Shown piece after piece: positions 1 to 12,168 of a stretch of 64,000 bases of DNA. Source of the DNA: Squalus acanthias. Taxonomy: Eukaryota. The notes under the pieces were generated by a model, which did no database searches, was not told the DNA's origin, and saw only the letters and a list, made by a program, of their open reading frames with translations. Made by a program: the position numbers and the translations under genes. How positions within the stretch are numbered: position 1 is the stretch's first letter; the number at the start of each line of letters is the position of its first letter. The stretch lies in contig CM059438.1 of assembly GCA_030390025.1 (NCBI GenBank), forward strand, positions 62,436,001-62,500,000. Direction: 5' to 3'.

Positions 1-795
1 CATTCAGCCCAACTGGTCTATGCTGGCATTTCTGCTCCACAGGAGTCTCCTCCCACCCCCCCCCCCCTCTTCATCTAACCCTATCAGCATATCCTTCTAT
101 TTCACCCTCTCTCCCTCTTATTCTAGCTTATCTAGGTTCCCCCTAATGTATTTGGCACGCTGGTATGCCCCATTTGGTTGGAGCACCAAAATGTTATGCA
201 GTGGGAGGTGTAGGATGCTGGTTTGATCCAGCAATAGTCTTGGCCCTGCTGCCAATCAGATGCAAGTAGAGGGATTTCACACCATCCCGCACATTAAAAA
301 GCTAGAATCTAGTTACAGACAACACTTTAGTGCCAGCTATTGCTTTCCTGTAACAGTCAAGTAAAATTTCAGATGATTAAAAAGAAAAACTGAATCCTAG
401 CAATCTGAATAAATAACAGAAAATACTGGAAATATGTAGTATGTTGGTCAGCATGTGAAAGACAAATGACAGATCAGCATTTCGGGTGTGACCCTCTCCA
501 CAATAGCTTCAAAAGTGAGAAGTCGCACAACACCAGGTTATAGTCCAACAGCTTTATTTGACATGATGTGGAGATGCCGGTGTTGGACTGGGGTGGACAA
601 AAATGAGGAAGTCGCACAACACCAGGTTATAGTCCAACAGATTTATTTAAAATTACAAGCTTTCGGAACTGGCACTAAAGTGTTGTCTGTAACTAGATTC
701 TAGCTTTTTAATGTGCGGGATGGTGTGAAATCCCTCTACTTGCATCTGATTGGCAGCGGGGCCAAGACTATTGCTGGATCAAACTCATTGTAACT

Positions 796-833
796 TTACC
801 TGAAGAAGGGGCGATAGCTCCGAAAGCTTGTAA
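796..833 (+). ncRNA. Minimal type I hammerhead ribozyme motif (PLE family B)
   Basis: TTAC-CTGAAGA-A-GGGGC-GATA-GCTCC-GAA-AGCT-T-GTAA: core boxes, stem I TTAC/GTAA, stem II, palindromic AGCT stem III. Confidence 0.8.
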
Positions 834-893
834 TTTTAAATAAATCTGTTGGACTATAACTGGTGTTGTGCGACTTCTCAGCTTTATTTGAAA

Positions 894-930
894 TCACAAG
901 CTTTCGGAGCGCTGCTCCTTCGTCAGGTGA
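894..930 (-). ncRNA. Minimal type I hammerhead ribozyme motif (PLE family B)
   Basis: Minus strand TCAC-CTGACGA-A-GGAGC-AGC-GCTCC-GAA-AGCT-T-GTGA. Confidence 0.82.
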
Positions 931-984
931 AGTCAATAGCTTCAAGAAATTGACTCCACCAGAGTGTTAATCTTATGTTCTATA

Positions 985-1335
985 TTCCAACTTTTCCCCT
1001 CCTGTCCTGAAGATTGTTGTATTGTTCCATGGATTTTCTCTGGTACCTCACTCAGGTAGCCATTCTTCAGGTGTGAGCCTTGACTGTGGTTGTTTTTAGG
1101 CTATTCCACCGTGATAGTATCTGGGCCAATTCCAGTCCTGACATCACTGAACATCCACGCATGGCAATCATTAGCTGAAGTCTTGGCTAATTCATTATTT
1201 TATCCCTCTCTTCCCCTGTCCCCCTCCCCCATGGCCAAGGGACACAGGGGGGCGAGGAGTCAATTATAATATCCCAGCTGCAGCCCCCCTGAGATAGGCT
1301 AACCCCGCACAGACCAGCAAATGAACCTGGGACAT
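985..1335 (-). mobile_element. Old unclassified SINE-like repeat (family C), diverged copy
   Basis: Similar to copies near 4375-4640, 5085-5445, 10700-11070, 14100-14510, 16360-16660, 17810-18135, 42780-43130 (shared motifs such as gtctgtgctgagttagctga, gtgaggacagg, ggagaaaattgg); boundaries approximate. Confidence 0.5.
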
Positions 1336-2345
1336 TTTGGGGAACTTCATTTCTTTTTTCTAAGAAATCGTTCTTGTTTGTCTAACCCTATAAAGGCACA
1401 TGCCAAGTTGCTTTTATATTGCTTTTGTGAGGTCCTAGTGCCGCTTGTGTCTTGTGCTGCAGTGCAACACCAAAGTAAACTTGCTGGATCCGTTAAATCT
1501 GCTGGCAAGAAAGACTTGGTGGGTGTGTGGGGGGGGGTGTGGTGATAGAAATTTCCCAACAAGCATGTCTGTTAAGATATTGCTGCCGGTAATTTATTTT
1601 TATTTATAAACTGAAGAGATATCATTAAAAATTAAAACCCTTCCGGAACCTATTTTTTTTTTTTATTTCTCAGCTGGATAATGGAAGGTGTATTGTGCAT
1701 CATTCAATGCCTTTTCATCACATCGCAAAAACCGCTCTCTCCTCTACCAGACATCACAGCATGTTCCATTTTCCAAGCTATAGAGACTCGGGCTATTCCG
1801 TGATGTTAAGGCTATGACCTTTTCAAAGAACAGCAGCATATAGCGTAGGAGGAAAGAACTGACTGAGCCTCCATTTATTCTTTGTTCTGAATCGCACCTA
1901 AGGGAACATTAGAGCAGACAGGGGTTGAAGTGGAGGGGGTGCGTTTGATGCACTGACTGGAATACATTCTGTATCACGCCAGTGATTCAGCTGTAGTTGG
2001 GGGAGGTGAAAGAAAGTCAAAGGATCGTCGGCTCTCGACAGGCTGAGTGCTGCTTTTCTTGAACGTAAATCTGCCTGAAAGGTTTAGTTGCTCACTTTCC
2101 TCGCGCACTCCTCTATGACGGAGAGTGAGGATAGGCAGGCAATCTGAGGCTGGGAAAACGTGTTCTCAGACCCTTCTGCAATTGCTCAAATTAAAGGATG
2201 AGCAGCTCGTCAGGAACCTAAGGAAATGTGAGAGAGAAAAAGAGTGTTGTGGGATCTCCAAGAACTGCACTTGGAAAGAAAGAGAGACAGCTATGAGGGA
2301 TCTGAATTAATACAGCTTGGGGAGGAATCAATTATTAGTGGATAT

Positions 2346-2530
2346 TTAAAGAAAGACTTACATTTAGATAGCACCTTTCACGTCCTCCAGACATCCCAAA
2401 GCGCTTACAGCCAATTAAGTACTTTTGAAGTGTAATCACTGTTACAATGTAGGAAACACAGCAGCCAATTTGCGCACAGCCAGGTCCCACAAACAGCAAT
2501 GTGATAATGACCAGATAATCTGTTTTAGTT
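2346..2530 (-). mobile_element. SacSINE1/DeuSINE-type SINE, 3' part (continues at 3888-3975 after a CR1 insertion)
   Basis: Matches the full-length copies at 7390-7818, 32286-32730 and 39308-39776. Confidence 0.8.
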
Positions 2531-3887
2531 ATAAGAACATAAGAACATAAGAAATAGGAGCAGGAGTAGGCCAATCGGCCCTTCGAGCCTGCTCCGCCAT
2601 TCAATAAGATCATGGCTGATCTGATCCTCACCTCAAATCTAAAGAACACAAGAAGTAGGAGCAGGACCCGGCCACTCAGCCCCTGGGCCCGCTCCGCCAC
2701 CCACAGGGCCTCGACCGATCCGAACTCAGCCTCATGTCCAATTTCCTGCCCGCTCCCCGTAACCCCTAATTCCCTTTACTTCTAGGAAACTGTCTATTTC
2801 TGTTTTAAATTTATTTAATGATGTAGCTTCCACAGCTTCCTGGGGCAGCAAATTCCACAGACCTACTACCCTCTGAGTGAAGAAGTTTCTCCTCATCTCA
2901 GTTTTGAAAGAGCAGCCCCTTATTCTAAGATTATGTCCCCTAGTTCTAGTTTCACCCATCCTTGGGAACATCCTTACCGCATCCACCCGATCAAGCCCCT
3001 TCACAATCTTATATGTTTCAATAAGATCGCCTCTCATTCTTCTGAACTCCAATGAGTAGAGTCCCAATCTACTCAACCTCTCCTCGTATGTCCACCCCCT
3101 CATCCCGGGGATTAACCGAGTGAACCTTCTTTGTACTGCCTCGAGAGCAAGTATGTCTTTTCTTACGTATGGACACCAAAACTGTATGCAGTATTCCAGA
3201 TGCGGTCTCACCAATACCTTATATAACTGTAGCAATACCTCCCTGTTTTTATAATCTATCCCCTTAGCAATAAAAGCCAACATTCCGTTGGCCTTCTTGA
3301 TCACCTGTTGCACCTGCATACTAACTTTTTGATTTTCTTGCACTAGGACCCCCAGATCCCTTTGTACTGCAGTACTTTCCAGTTTCTCGCCATTAAGATA
3401 ATAACTTGCTCTCTGATTTTTCCTGCCAAAGTGCATAACCTCACATTTTCCAATATTGTATTGCATCTGCCAAATCTCTGCCCACTCACCCAGCTTGTCT
3501 ATATCCCCTTGTAGCTTTTTTATGTCCTCATCACTTTCTACTTTCCCTCCCATCTTTGTATCATCTGCAAACTTTGATATGTTACACTCGGTCCCCTCCT
3601 CCAAATCGTTAATATAGATTGTAAAGAGTTGGGGACCCAGCACCGACCCCTGCGGAACACCACTGGCTACTGGTTGCCAGTCCGAGAATGAACCATTTAT
3701 CCCAACTCTCTGCTTCCTGTTAGATAACCAATCCTCCACCCATGCCAGAATATTCCCCCCAATCCAGTGATTTTTTATCTTGAGCAATAATCTTTTATGT
3801 GGCACCTTGTCGAATGCCTTCTGGAAGTCTAAATACACTACGTCCTTTGGTTCCCCTTTATCCACCCTGTACGTTATGTCCTCAAAG
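2531..3887 (-). mobile_element. 5'-truncated young CR1 LINE; open C-terminal half of ORF2 reverse transcriptase
   Basis: ORF 2732-~3887 with [37 protein letters not shown]; (ATAAGAAC)n octamer tail at 2531-2552. Confidence 0.95.
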
Positions 3888-5084
3888 AAATTGTGTTGGT
3901 TGATGGATAAATATTGTCTGGGACAGAGGGGAGAACTCCCCTGCTCTTCTTTGAAATAGTGCATGGGACATTTTATAGAAATTCACAGTGGGGAAAAGAA
4001 AGCAATGATGAGTTATCGCAAGGACTCCTACCTGGGGAGGAAGAGAAGCAGTGATGGGGATTTTAAAGGAATCTAGCTCGGGGAATTGTTAATAATGATA
4101 TCGCTCTTCACAAGCGTGAGTGTCTTAATGCTATAATGAACCAAGCTGAGAGAATGTGATAAGGATCCTGTACTCTAGGACTTTTGCTAATGTTATCTGT
4201 TACATAAGTACAAATGCTTGTAGGAGAATCTAAGTCCAAGGCACAGTAAACTTATACATCATAAGCTTATCATGATTTTTACATTATACTGTAATTTGGT
4301 GAGATTAATAAACTACTTTACTGGAAAGAAAGCCATTCATGGAAAGAATGTTTACCTTTATGTTTTAACATAAGCTCCCTGATGCCTGTGCCAGTAAGTG
4401 CACTGCATGGTGTGGTACTGAGTCATGCAGACCGGGAAGATCTCCAGATCAGTGACTAGCCTGCGATGAGTAAGTTGATATGCGTACAGAGTTGGAATGT
4501 TTCAGTTTGTATTTGTGTACCCAGACTAAGGAGTAGAGGAGGGGGGAAATCGGCCAGGGTTTCCCTCTTATTGCTATCCAGTGATCCTTGCTAGAACGTG
4601 CCTGTTCATGGATACTGGATGAGCACATGATCGGTCTGACCAATGATGCCCACCTGCCCCTGTGGAATAGTCTCCTGACACTTGCAGGAGATGCTGCAGG
4701 GCTCTGAGTGTCTGTAGCTGTACCTCAGCAGAAGTTGCCATCCTTGGAGATGGCCAAGAAGATCAGAGTCACTTTGTGTAGTGCCATAGTCTTGCGATTT
4801 TTCCTTCACTTAACTCAGCCGCATCCATTCTCATGAAGACTTTGTTGATTGTAGGAGGCTGACTACCCTTCCGCAAGAAGTTGCACATAATATGTAGTAT
4901 GCTCTCACATACACCTATCTGTGCAGCTCAGTGGTGTTTTGAATAGTGTGTTGGTTAGTAGGTTTTGAAGAGACTTGAGACAAGAAAGCAGTTTTCTTTT
5001 AATTATTCTGAACTTTTTAGCAGGAGTTCCTTTTTGCTTGCACATGCTTATTAAATGAAGGGAGTGGACCCTGAAGTTGGTTAC

Positions 5085-5445
5085 CCCAACAGCTCAACAT
5101 GTGAGTAGCTGAGCCATACGGTCCAGGAAAGTCTCTGTCTGTGCTGAGCTAGCTGACAGTAGGGGTGCTGTAGTTGGCTTCGACACCTGGGTTAGGGAGG
5201 GGAAAGTTGGCCTGCTTGTGATTACTATTGCGTGCCCCCCCCCTGTGGAAAATGCACACCTGTGGATATTGGGTGAAGACAGGATTGGGATCGGTCGTGA
5301 TCTCGATGCCCAACAGTGGTTGAATTGCATGCACCGTTAGGGCTCACATAAATAAAGGCCACTTGGGAGAGAATACAGAAGACAGTGAATACCGCTGGAA
5401 CCTTTGACAGTGCCTTCAGGAGGATAAGGAAGAAAATTGGCAAGA
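5085..5445 (+). mobile_element. Family C SINE-like repeat
   Basis: gtctgtgctgagctagctgac...gggtgaagacaggattggg...ccttcaggagg...gaaaattgg shared with other copies. Confidence 0.55.
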
Positions 5446-7389
5446 AAAACAAAATCAGATGTCTGATGGACTCAAACGGATCCAATGCATCAAGTCCCCA
5501 AAATATATTTGAATAGTTTGACTGGGATGCAGTTGGTAGAAGTAGAGGCCCTGAACTGTAATCACAGAATTGCATGTTTTACCATGCCTAGGATTCCATC
5601 CTACAAAAAGAACCAATATCCAGCCCATGCTTGGTATTTGCAGGGCTTGGTTCTGCAGTACAGTGCAACCAAGAGACAAAATTCCACCAAATGATTGAAG
5701 ATTGAGTATTGTTTTTCTCCTCCAAACTTCCCTTTTATTTTCCCCTCCTCTCTGAGGTAGTGAGTTGTGTTGTGGCATGGCTCTTTACAATCTCACCCTG
5801 GTGACCATACTTCATGTGCAAGCATGAGCAGTGGAGACCATCACAGGAGAACACGGGCACTTCCTTCATGAGTCACTGGATAGCCCGGGGTCACTGAAAT
5901 TAATGGAAGTGCTCCGCTGTTAGTTTCCCTATGATGAGCGAATTCCACACGCACTAGGGGTTCAAACTGGCTCCTTCTGAGCTGTATGGTTCAGTGGTGC
6001 ATTTGCCTAGAGGAGCAATTATTTGGGAAAGAATAAAAATGTGATGATTCAGACATAACTGATGCATTATTAACCTAGTGCATAGAGGCGTTTAAAGTGC
6101 TGGGTCTGATTATGATTGCCACTGGTGTCATGTTCCACAATAAACTGGATGAAACACAAAACATAGTATCAAATTAGCAGCTGCTCTGTGCGTTCAAGTG
6201 AATGGGAAATGGATTGAAAGTTGTAAATGCTTTTTTGTAGGGTTGTCGAGCATTTAGATTGCAAATGCATTCCAAACTGTCAAAATATAAAATAATTAGC
6301 ATACATTATAAAGTACAGTGCACTCCTTATGTGTTGTAATCCAGGCTCGCAGTTTTATATGCCGTTAACCTTGGGTATGTGCTCATGAGCTGTGCACTTA
6401 TTGTGTTGTAGTTATAAGAATTACTTCAAATTCCTAATAAATTACAAACAGGATAGTTAAAGCAATTGTAGCATATAAATATATTGCACAGGATCTGATC
6501 CACATGGAGTGCTAGGATATGTCTTTGGGCCCATTTTGAGGACGTGCCAAGTGGAGACAGGCACTTAACCACAGGGAGGAAAAATTCAAAAGGATGGCTT
6601 ACCCCAAGCCACACTCAAGAGCCTTTTCGTGGTTAGTTGTAGAATGGCACAGGCAGAGAGACTTGAGAGAGCAGCTTGCTGCCCCCTTGGGTGTGAATGG
6701 TGTGTGGCATAGGAAAAAGAAAGAAAGACTTGCATTTATATAGCGCCTTTCACGACCACCGGACGTCTCAAAGCGCTTTACAGCCAATGAAGTAATTTTT
6801 GAAGTGTAGTCACTGTTGTAATAGGAAGACCATGAAAACATAGCCAGGGGAGGTGCTAAGGTGGGAAACCTGTCCATAAGCTCTTCCAGTGTTGCTCTGA
6901 TATTGACCACAGAAAGCACAGAAAAGCAGTCCAGTACGAGACATTTTAATTCTCCTGGATTGTCATCGATGTCTTTATTGCTCCCTTTTCTCTTTTTTCT
7001 CTTTCTCCCCACCCGATCTAACAGCAATGCTGAGATCAGTATCTCTGCATGTGGGATTTAGAATATAAACCCACCTTGAGCAACTTGCATTTATATAGCC
7101 CCTTTAACACTCATAACATCCCATGGCACATAACTGAATACCCATAAGTGAAACACACCAAGCCAAGGGAGAGCGTTTAGGGTGGTGATTGAAGGCTTTG
7201 GAGAAAATCTGGATTTTGAGAAGAAATCAGTAGAAAGGTGGAGGAATTTAGGGAGGGGGTTCCAGAGAACCAAGCTAGGCAGCTGAAACCTCCATTCACC
7301 ACTAAAGGTAAGATATCAGACAGCTTCCAGTACCTATGAGAGGAGGCATAAAAACTGGAAATAGAAAACAAAATGACCTTGTTCGAGCT

Positions 7390-7818
7390 GGTGTCAGCAC
7401 TGGCTCAGTTGGTAGCACTCTCACCTCTGAGTCAGAAGGTCATGATTTCAAGCTCCACTCCAGAGACCTGAGCACATAATCAAGGCTGAGACTTCAGTGA
7501 AGTGCTGCACTGTCGGAGGTGCTGTCTTTCAGATGCTCCCTCACGTGGATGTAAAAGATCCCATAGCACACTGTGAAGAGCATGGGTGTTCACCCACTGC
7601 CTTGGCCAACATTTAACCTTCAACCAACATTACTAAAACAGATTAGATGGTCATTTATCTCGGTGCTGTTTGTGGGACCTTGCTGTGCGCAAATTGGCTA
7701 CCGCATTTTCATACGTTATAACAGTGACTACACGTGAAAAGTGCTTAATTAGCTGTGAACGCTTTGGGACGTCCTGAGGACATGACAAGCGCTATATAAA
7801 TGCAAGCTTTTTCTTTCC
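7390..7818 (+). mobile_element. SacSINE1/DeuSINE-type tRNA-derived SINE, near full length
   Basis: tRNA-like head (tggctcagttggtagcactctc...ttcaag), Deu-type core, gctatataaatgcaag tail. Confidence 0.85.
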
Positions 7819-7927
7819 TTAACAACGGTGTCTTGGGGTGTATTTACATTGCTACTCTGGTGTCAATTTGAAGCAGTTTTGCTTAACATCTACTGGAGTT
7901 GGAGCCCAACCTGACATCAGAGTGAGA

Positions 7928-8061
7928 ACAAAAGCATAATCCTGCGGATGCTGGAAATCTGATATAAAAACAGAAAATGCTGGAAAACACTCAACGGGGC
8001 AGGCAGCATCTGTGGAGAGAGAAACAGAGTTAACATTTCAGGTCGATGACCTTTCATCAGA
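7928..8061 (-). mobile_element. Short Penelope-like (family A) terminal-repeat insertion with degenerate hammerhead
   Basis: Similar to 37324-37457; direct repeat CATCAGAGTGAGA at 7915-7927 and 8055-8067. Confidence 0.75.
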
Positions 8062-8294
8062 GTGAGAGCATCTGGAGGTAGTAGTCTCACTCCACTTTGC
8101 TTGCAGTCAGGGCATGCTTTAACATTTCATTTTAAACTGCACAAATTTATTATCAGTGCGAAGGCAAAATCGCAGCACATTAATAGTAAACTTGTAGTGG
8201 AAATGCATCTTTAAAATATTATTAGTCTTAGAATTACCAGCTCTGTACTATCGCAGCTCTAATTGAAGCATACTGCTCTTTAAAGGCTAACCTA

Positions 8295-8450
8295 AAGCGG
8301 AAATGTGACGCTGAGTATTGATGCTGGACAGTATGTGTCTCTGTGCAGTACTGAGTTACAACCAGCTGTCATTTTCCCTGTGCTCGCTTCTACGTCACAG
8401 CCAATGCAATTTCTCTAGCCGATTTCTCATTGGCTTTTTCCTATTGGCTG
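8295..8450 (+). promoter_or_regulatory. Probable proximal promoter of the NPDC1 homologue (NF-Y/CRE/ETS motif cluster)
   Basis: CGGAA 8298-8302, TGACG 8306-8310, TACGTCA 8391-8397, CCAAT 8401-8405, ATTGG 8429-8433 and 8443-8447, in unique sequence ~190-340 bp upstream of the ATG at 8635. Confidence 0.6.
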
Positions 8451-8634
8451 GTGGGGAGCAGGCTGGTTTAACTCATCCCACGTTGCTGAAGGCTCTCAGA
8501 TACAACAAGGGCTGACTGCAGTGCAGCATCCAGTGCCTTTATCCTGCAATACCTCTGCTTTCTCCAAGAAACAAGAAACCAGCCTACCGTCATAGTTTAT
8601 TTTGTGTTGATCATATTTTCTTTTGTACGCAAGA

Positions 8635-8731
8635 ATGAATGGACAGAGAATTCTACTTCCAAAGTGCCTTTTTGTGCTGATTACATTGAGTGTCAGCTCT
8701 CCTTTGAGGAGAGACTATGGACACTGGAAAG
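8635..8731 (+). CDS. NPDC1: NPDC1 homologue, putative first coding exon (signal-peptide-like MNGQRILLPKCLFVLITLSVSSPLRRDYGHWK)
   Basis: ATG 8635, hydrophobic core, phase-1 donor G|gtaaga at 8731/8732 compatible with the phase-1 acceptor at 39938, promoter motifs upstream. No direct homology, so less certain than the later exons. Confidence 0.65.
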
Positions 8732-9578
8732 GTAAGAGTGAGTTTTAACCCTTTTACCGTTGCATTGTGTTTATATAAAAGCCATTGTTTCAATATTAAG
8801 ATTTGGGGTCAGTGAAAGATGCTTTATTCAGATTTTACATTCTTTATTTATATTTTGCAAAAGGTAAGTAAAATTATTCTGTCCCTTAAAGTGGATTTGT
8901 CATCCCCTCTATTTAGGATATTGATGGAATCTGTGGAATAGCTCACAGTGTCCATAGCAACATCTTCAACGTCACCTGCAGTGCTGATCATACAAAGGCA
9001 GCAGCTGAATCCAGTCCAGTTTTACATGTGCAACACCATTGAACTTTGTTTAACCTTTTTCTTGGGGAGAGGTGAGGGGAGACGGTTAGAATACAAGAAT
9101 GATAAGGGAATGATGCATCCTTTAAAGAGTTTTTGAGTTGGTCCCAGACTGGGTAACAATGTATTTGAACACTGCCCTTTCCTCTTAACAACTTGATTTT
9201 TTAAAATCTAAATCAGGCAGCAGAACATGGTTTCCCTTTGGCGGCCGAGGCTGTCAAATGAAAGTAATTGTGTCCAGTGTCAATCCAGTTCCTGGTGGTG
9301 TCAAGAATGTCCAGCGGGCAATTGACTTCATAAATGACAGTAATTGGCACCAATAAGAGGGGGTGGAAGGGCGCTGAATGTTGTTTGTTTTAAAAATTCC
9401 TACCAAAAGTGAAAAACTGACACTGCACATTAAGTAGTTAAAGCTGGTTAACGTAATATAAGTTTATTAGGAAGGGCTTGGATTGCAGACCAGTTTGAGT
9501 ATGTGGAGTCACTCTTTGTGAATGAATACTATAGTTGGTGAGTGTTGCATTAGGAAAGTGTCTTGGAGTGTAAGCCAT

Positions 9579-10403
9579 CTTCTTCTTAGGCAGTCCCTTG
9601 GAACCGAGGATGACTTGCTTCCACATTAAAAATGAGTTCGCAGGTGACTGATGAGTCCAATGCGGGACCTACAGTCTGTCACAGGTGGGGCAGACGGTGG
9701 TTGAAGGGGGCGGGTGGGGTGCTTGGGTTGACGTGCGTTCCTTCCGCTGTTTGCGCTTGGCTTCCGCTTGCTCCCGGCGAAGAGACTCGAGGTGTTCGGC
9801 GCCTTCCCGGATGCTTCTCCTCCACTTTGTGCGGTCTTGGGGCAGGGATTCCCAGGTGTCGGTGGGGATGTTACACTTTTTCAAGGAGGCTTTGAGGGTG
9901 TCCTTGAAGCGTTTCCTCTGCCCACCTGGGGCTCTCTTGCCATGCCGGAGTTCCGAGTAGAGCGCTTGTTTTGGGTGTCTCGTATCGGGCATGCGGACAA
10001 TGTGACCCGTCCATCGGAGCTGATCGAGCGTGGTCAAAGCTTCGATGCTGGGGATGTTGGCCTGAGCAAGAACACTGACGTTGGTGCGCCTATCCTGCCA
10101 ATGGATTTGCAGGATCTTGCGGAGGCAGCGTTGGTGGTACCTCTCCAGTGCTTTGAGGTGCCTGCTGTACATGGTCCATGTCTCTGAAACATACAGCAGG
10201 GCGGGTATCACTGCTGCTCTGTAGACCATGAGCTTAGTGCCGGGTTTGAGGTCCTGGTCTTCAAACACTCTCTTCCTCAGGCGACCGAAGGCTGCACTGG
10301 CACACTGAAGGCGGTGTTGGACTTCGTCGTCGACGTCTGCCCTTGTTGACAGTAGGCTCCCGAGGTATGGAAAGTGGTCCACTTTGAAAGTACTTACTTG
10401 AAA
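9579..10403 (-). mobile_element. 5'-truncated RTE-clade LINE
   Basis: ORF 9669-10412 with FPYLGS, LLYVSETW, LRWTGHIVRM, GGQRKRFKDTLK; (GAA)n tail; TSD GTAAGCCAT 9570-9578/10404-10412. Confidence 0.9.
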
Positions 10404-11515
10404 GTAAGCCATAAACTACTGGTGAATGACACTGTTGTCACTGTTGTGTGGCTTGAAGGCTACCTAAAGTCATAATGCAAGAAGTTAAACACTTAGATAG
10501 AATAATTGATGCATATGATTGATAAGGTAGAGGATTCCAGTTGCCTGTGAGTAAATTAGAAGACAGTAATCCAATTGAGGGGTTCATATGACGTCAAACC
10601 ACTCCTCCTTCACTCAGCTTGTTTTTTCACTTGCATCTCTCAATTGGATTATGGTCTTAAATTCATTTACTGCAGTACAGTGTTTGGAGGTGTATTATAT
10701 TTCTTTGCCAATTTTCACTCCCCCATTCTCCTTTGATTCCTGCAGTACAGTCCCATGGGTGCAGACAACCCCCGCTACCTCATCTAAATGGACACGTGTG
10801 TGCCTGTCGGCTTTTGAGATGGCGGAGCTTTACAGTCAAACCCTATCCTGCCCTCACCCAATGTGACACTTACAGCAGGTCACTGGATAGTAATCGGGAG
10901 CAAGAATCTGGGGCTGATATTTTTTTGCCCTCTCTAGTCCAAGGGTGCTGAGGCCAATTTCAATGGATCCCACTGTCATCCAGGCTAAGATCAGCTAACT
11001 TAATACATACCAGCGATCAACCCTGGGACCTTCTGATCTTTGTGGTTCAGCTGCTTTACCAACCGAGTCCTCGAGGACCTACTTCCAAGTATCCTTAAGT
11101 TTAACCCAATTTCCTATGGTCTGTTGGGAAAGGCCATCTCAGTTTCTAACTGCCATTAGCAGGCAGCCTTTGAGCACTTGTAGTGCCCTCCTCCCCTGTA
11201 AGTAGCACCCCCATAGTGTCTGACTGTGAATTCTCAATGTCTTGAAGACCTTGCTCCACTCTCTCTAATCAGTCTTCTCCAGCTGTTGCCCCAGTCCACA
11301 CCTTGGTCCCTCTGACTCGATTCTGGCTTGTTGTCCGCTCCCTCCACTGTGCCTGCTCCCTGGAATTCTGTTTCAAACACTATCTATTACTACTCTCTCC
11401 CAGGCTTCCAAGCCTTCTTAAAAAGCTACCAATTCGACACTTGTCTTCAGTCTTTCCACACCCACTCCAAATTCCTCTTTTATGTTCGGTGTCCACTTTT
11501 TTCTTCTTTTTCGAT

Positions 11516-11845
11516 AGTGCAGTATTGAGGGAGTGCTGCACTGTCGGAGGTGCCGTCTTTCAAATGAGATGCTAAACCAACTGATCCCACGGCGATATTC
11601 GAAGAAGAGCAGGGGAGTTTCTCCCGGTGTCCTGGCCATCATTTATCCCTCAACCAACATTGAAAGCAGATTATCTGGTCATTTATTTCATTGCTGTTTG
11701 TGGGAGCTTGCTGTGCGCAGAATGGCTTTCCACGTTTTCAACATTACAACAGTGACTACACTTCAAAAAGTACTTGATTGGCTGTAAAGCACTTTGAATT
11801 GTCCTGAGGTCATGAAAGGCGCTTTAGAAATGCAAGTCTTTCTTT
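11516..11845 (+). mobile_element. SacSINE1-type SINE, partial
   Basis: Deu-type core gaagaagagcaggggagtttctcccggtgtcctggcc and tail. Confidence 0.8.
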
Positions 11846-12168
11846 TGGTAAGCTGCTGTGAGGTGCTCATCTATATGAGGAGCTGTATGTGTGTGTGTGT
11901 GTATATAAAGGCAAGACTTCCTCTTAGTGTTAAAATGGCATTCCTTACCACCTTGAGCTCTGCTCTCATGCCTTCCCCTGAACCACCATTGTTCCAGATT
12001 TATTTGTTAACTTACATGAGACACTGACACACATGGAATCGAAAGATTCATTTTAACTCATTAGCCTTCAGTTATATCTATTCTATGTTGATTTTCCTCT
12101 AAAGCTACCTGAATAATTTGGTTTTTTATTTCCTCTAAAGTTCTTTGTTATTATGTCATGCAATCTGT

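Larger units (their letters stand above)
513..933 (-). mobile_element. Nested Penelope-like (family B) terminal-repeat insertions
   Basis: Outer copy flanked by TSD CAATAGCTTCAA (501-512/934-945); inner copy 562-878 flanked by CAGCTTTATTTGA (549-561/879-891); same repeat as the terminus of the GIY-YIG element at 63444-64000. Confidence 0.85.

Noticed and set aside
2732..3964. 410-aa ORF as a host gene
   Set aside because: CR1 RT C-terminal half fused by chance to ~25 codons of SINE sequence; no endonuclease or RT N-terminus
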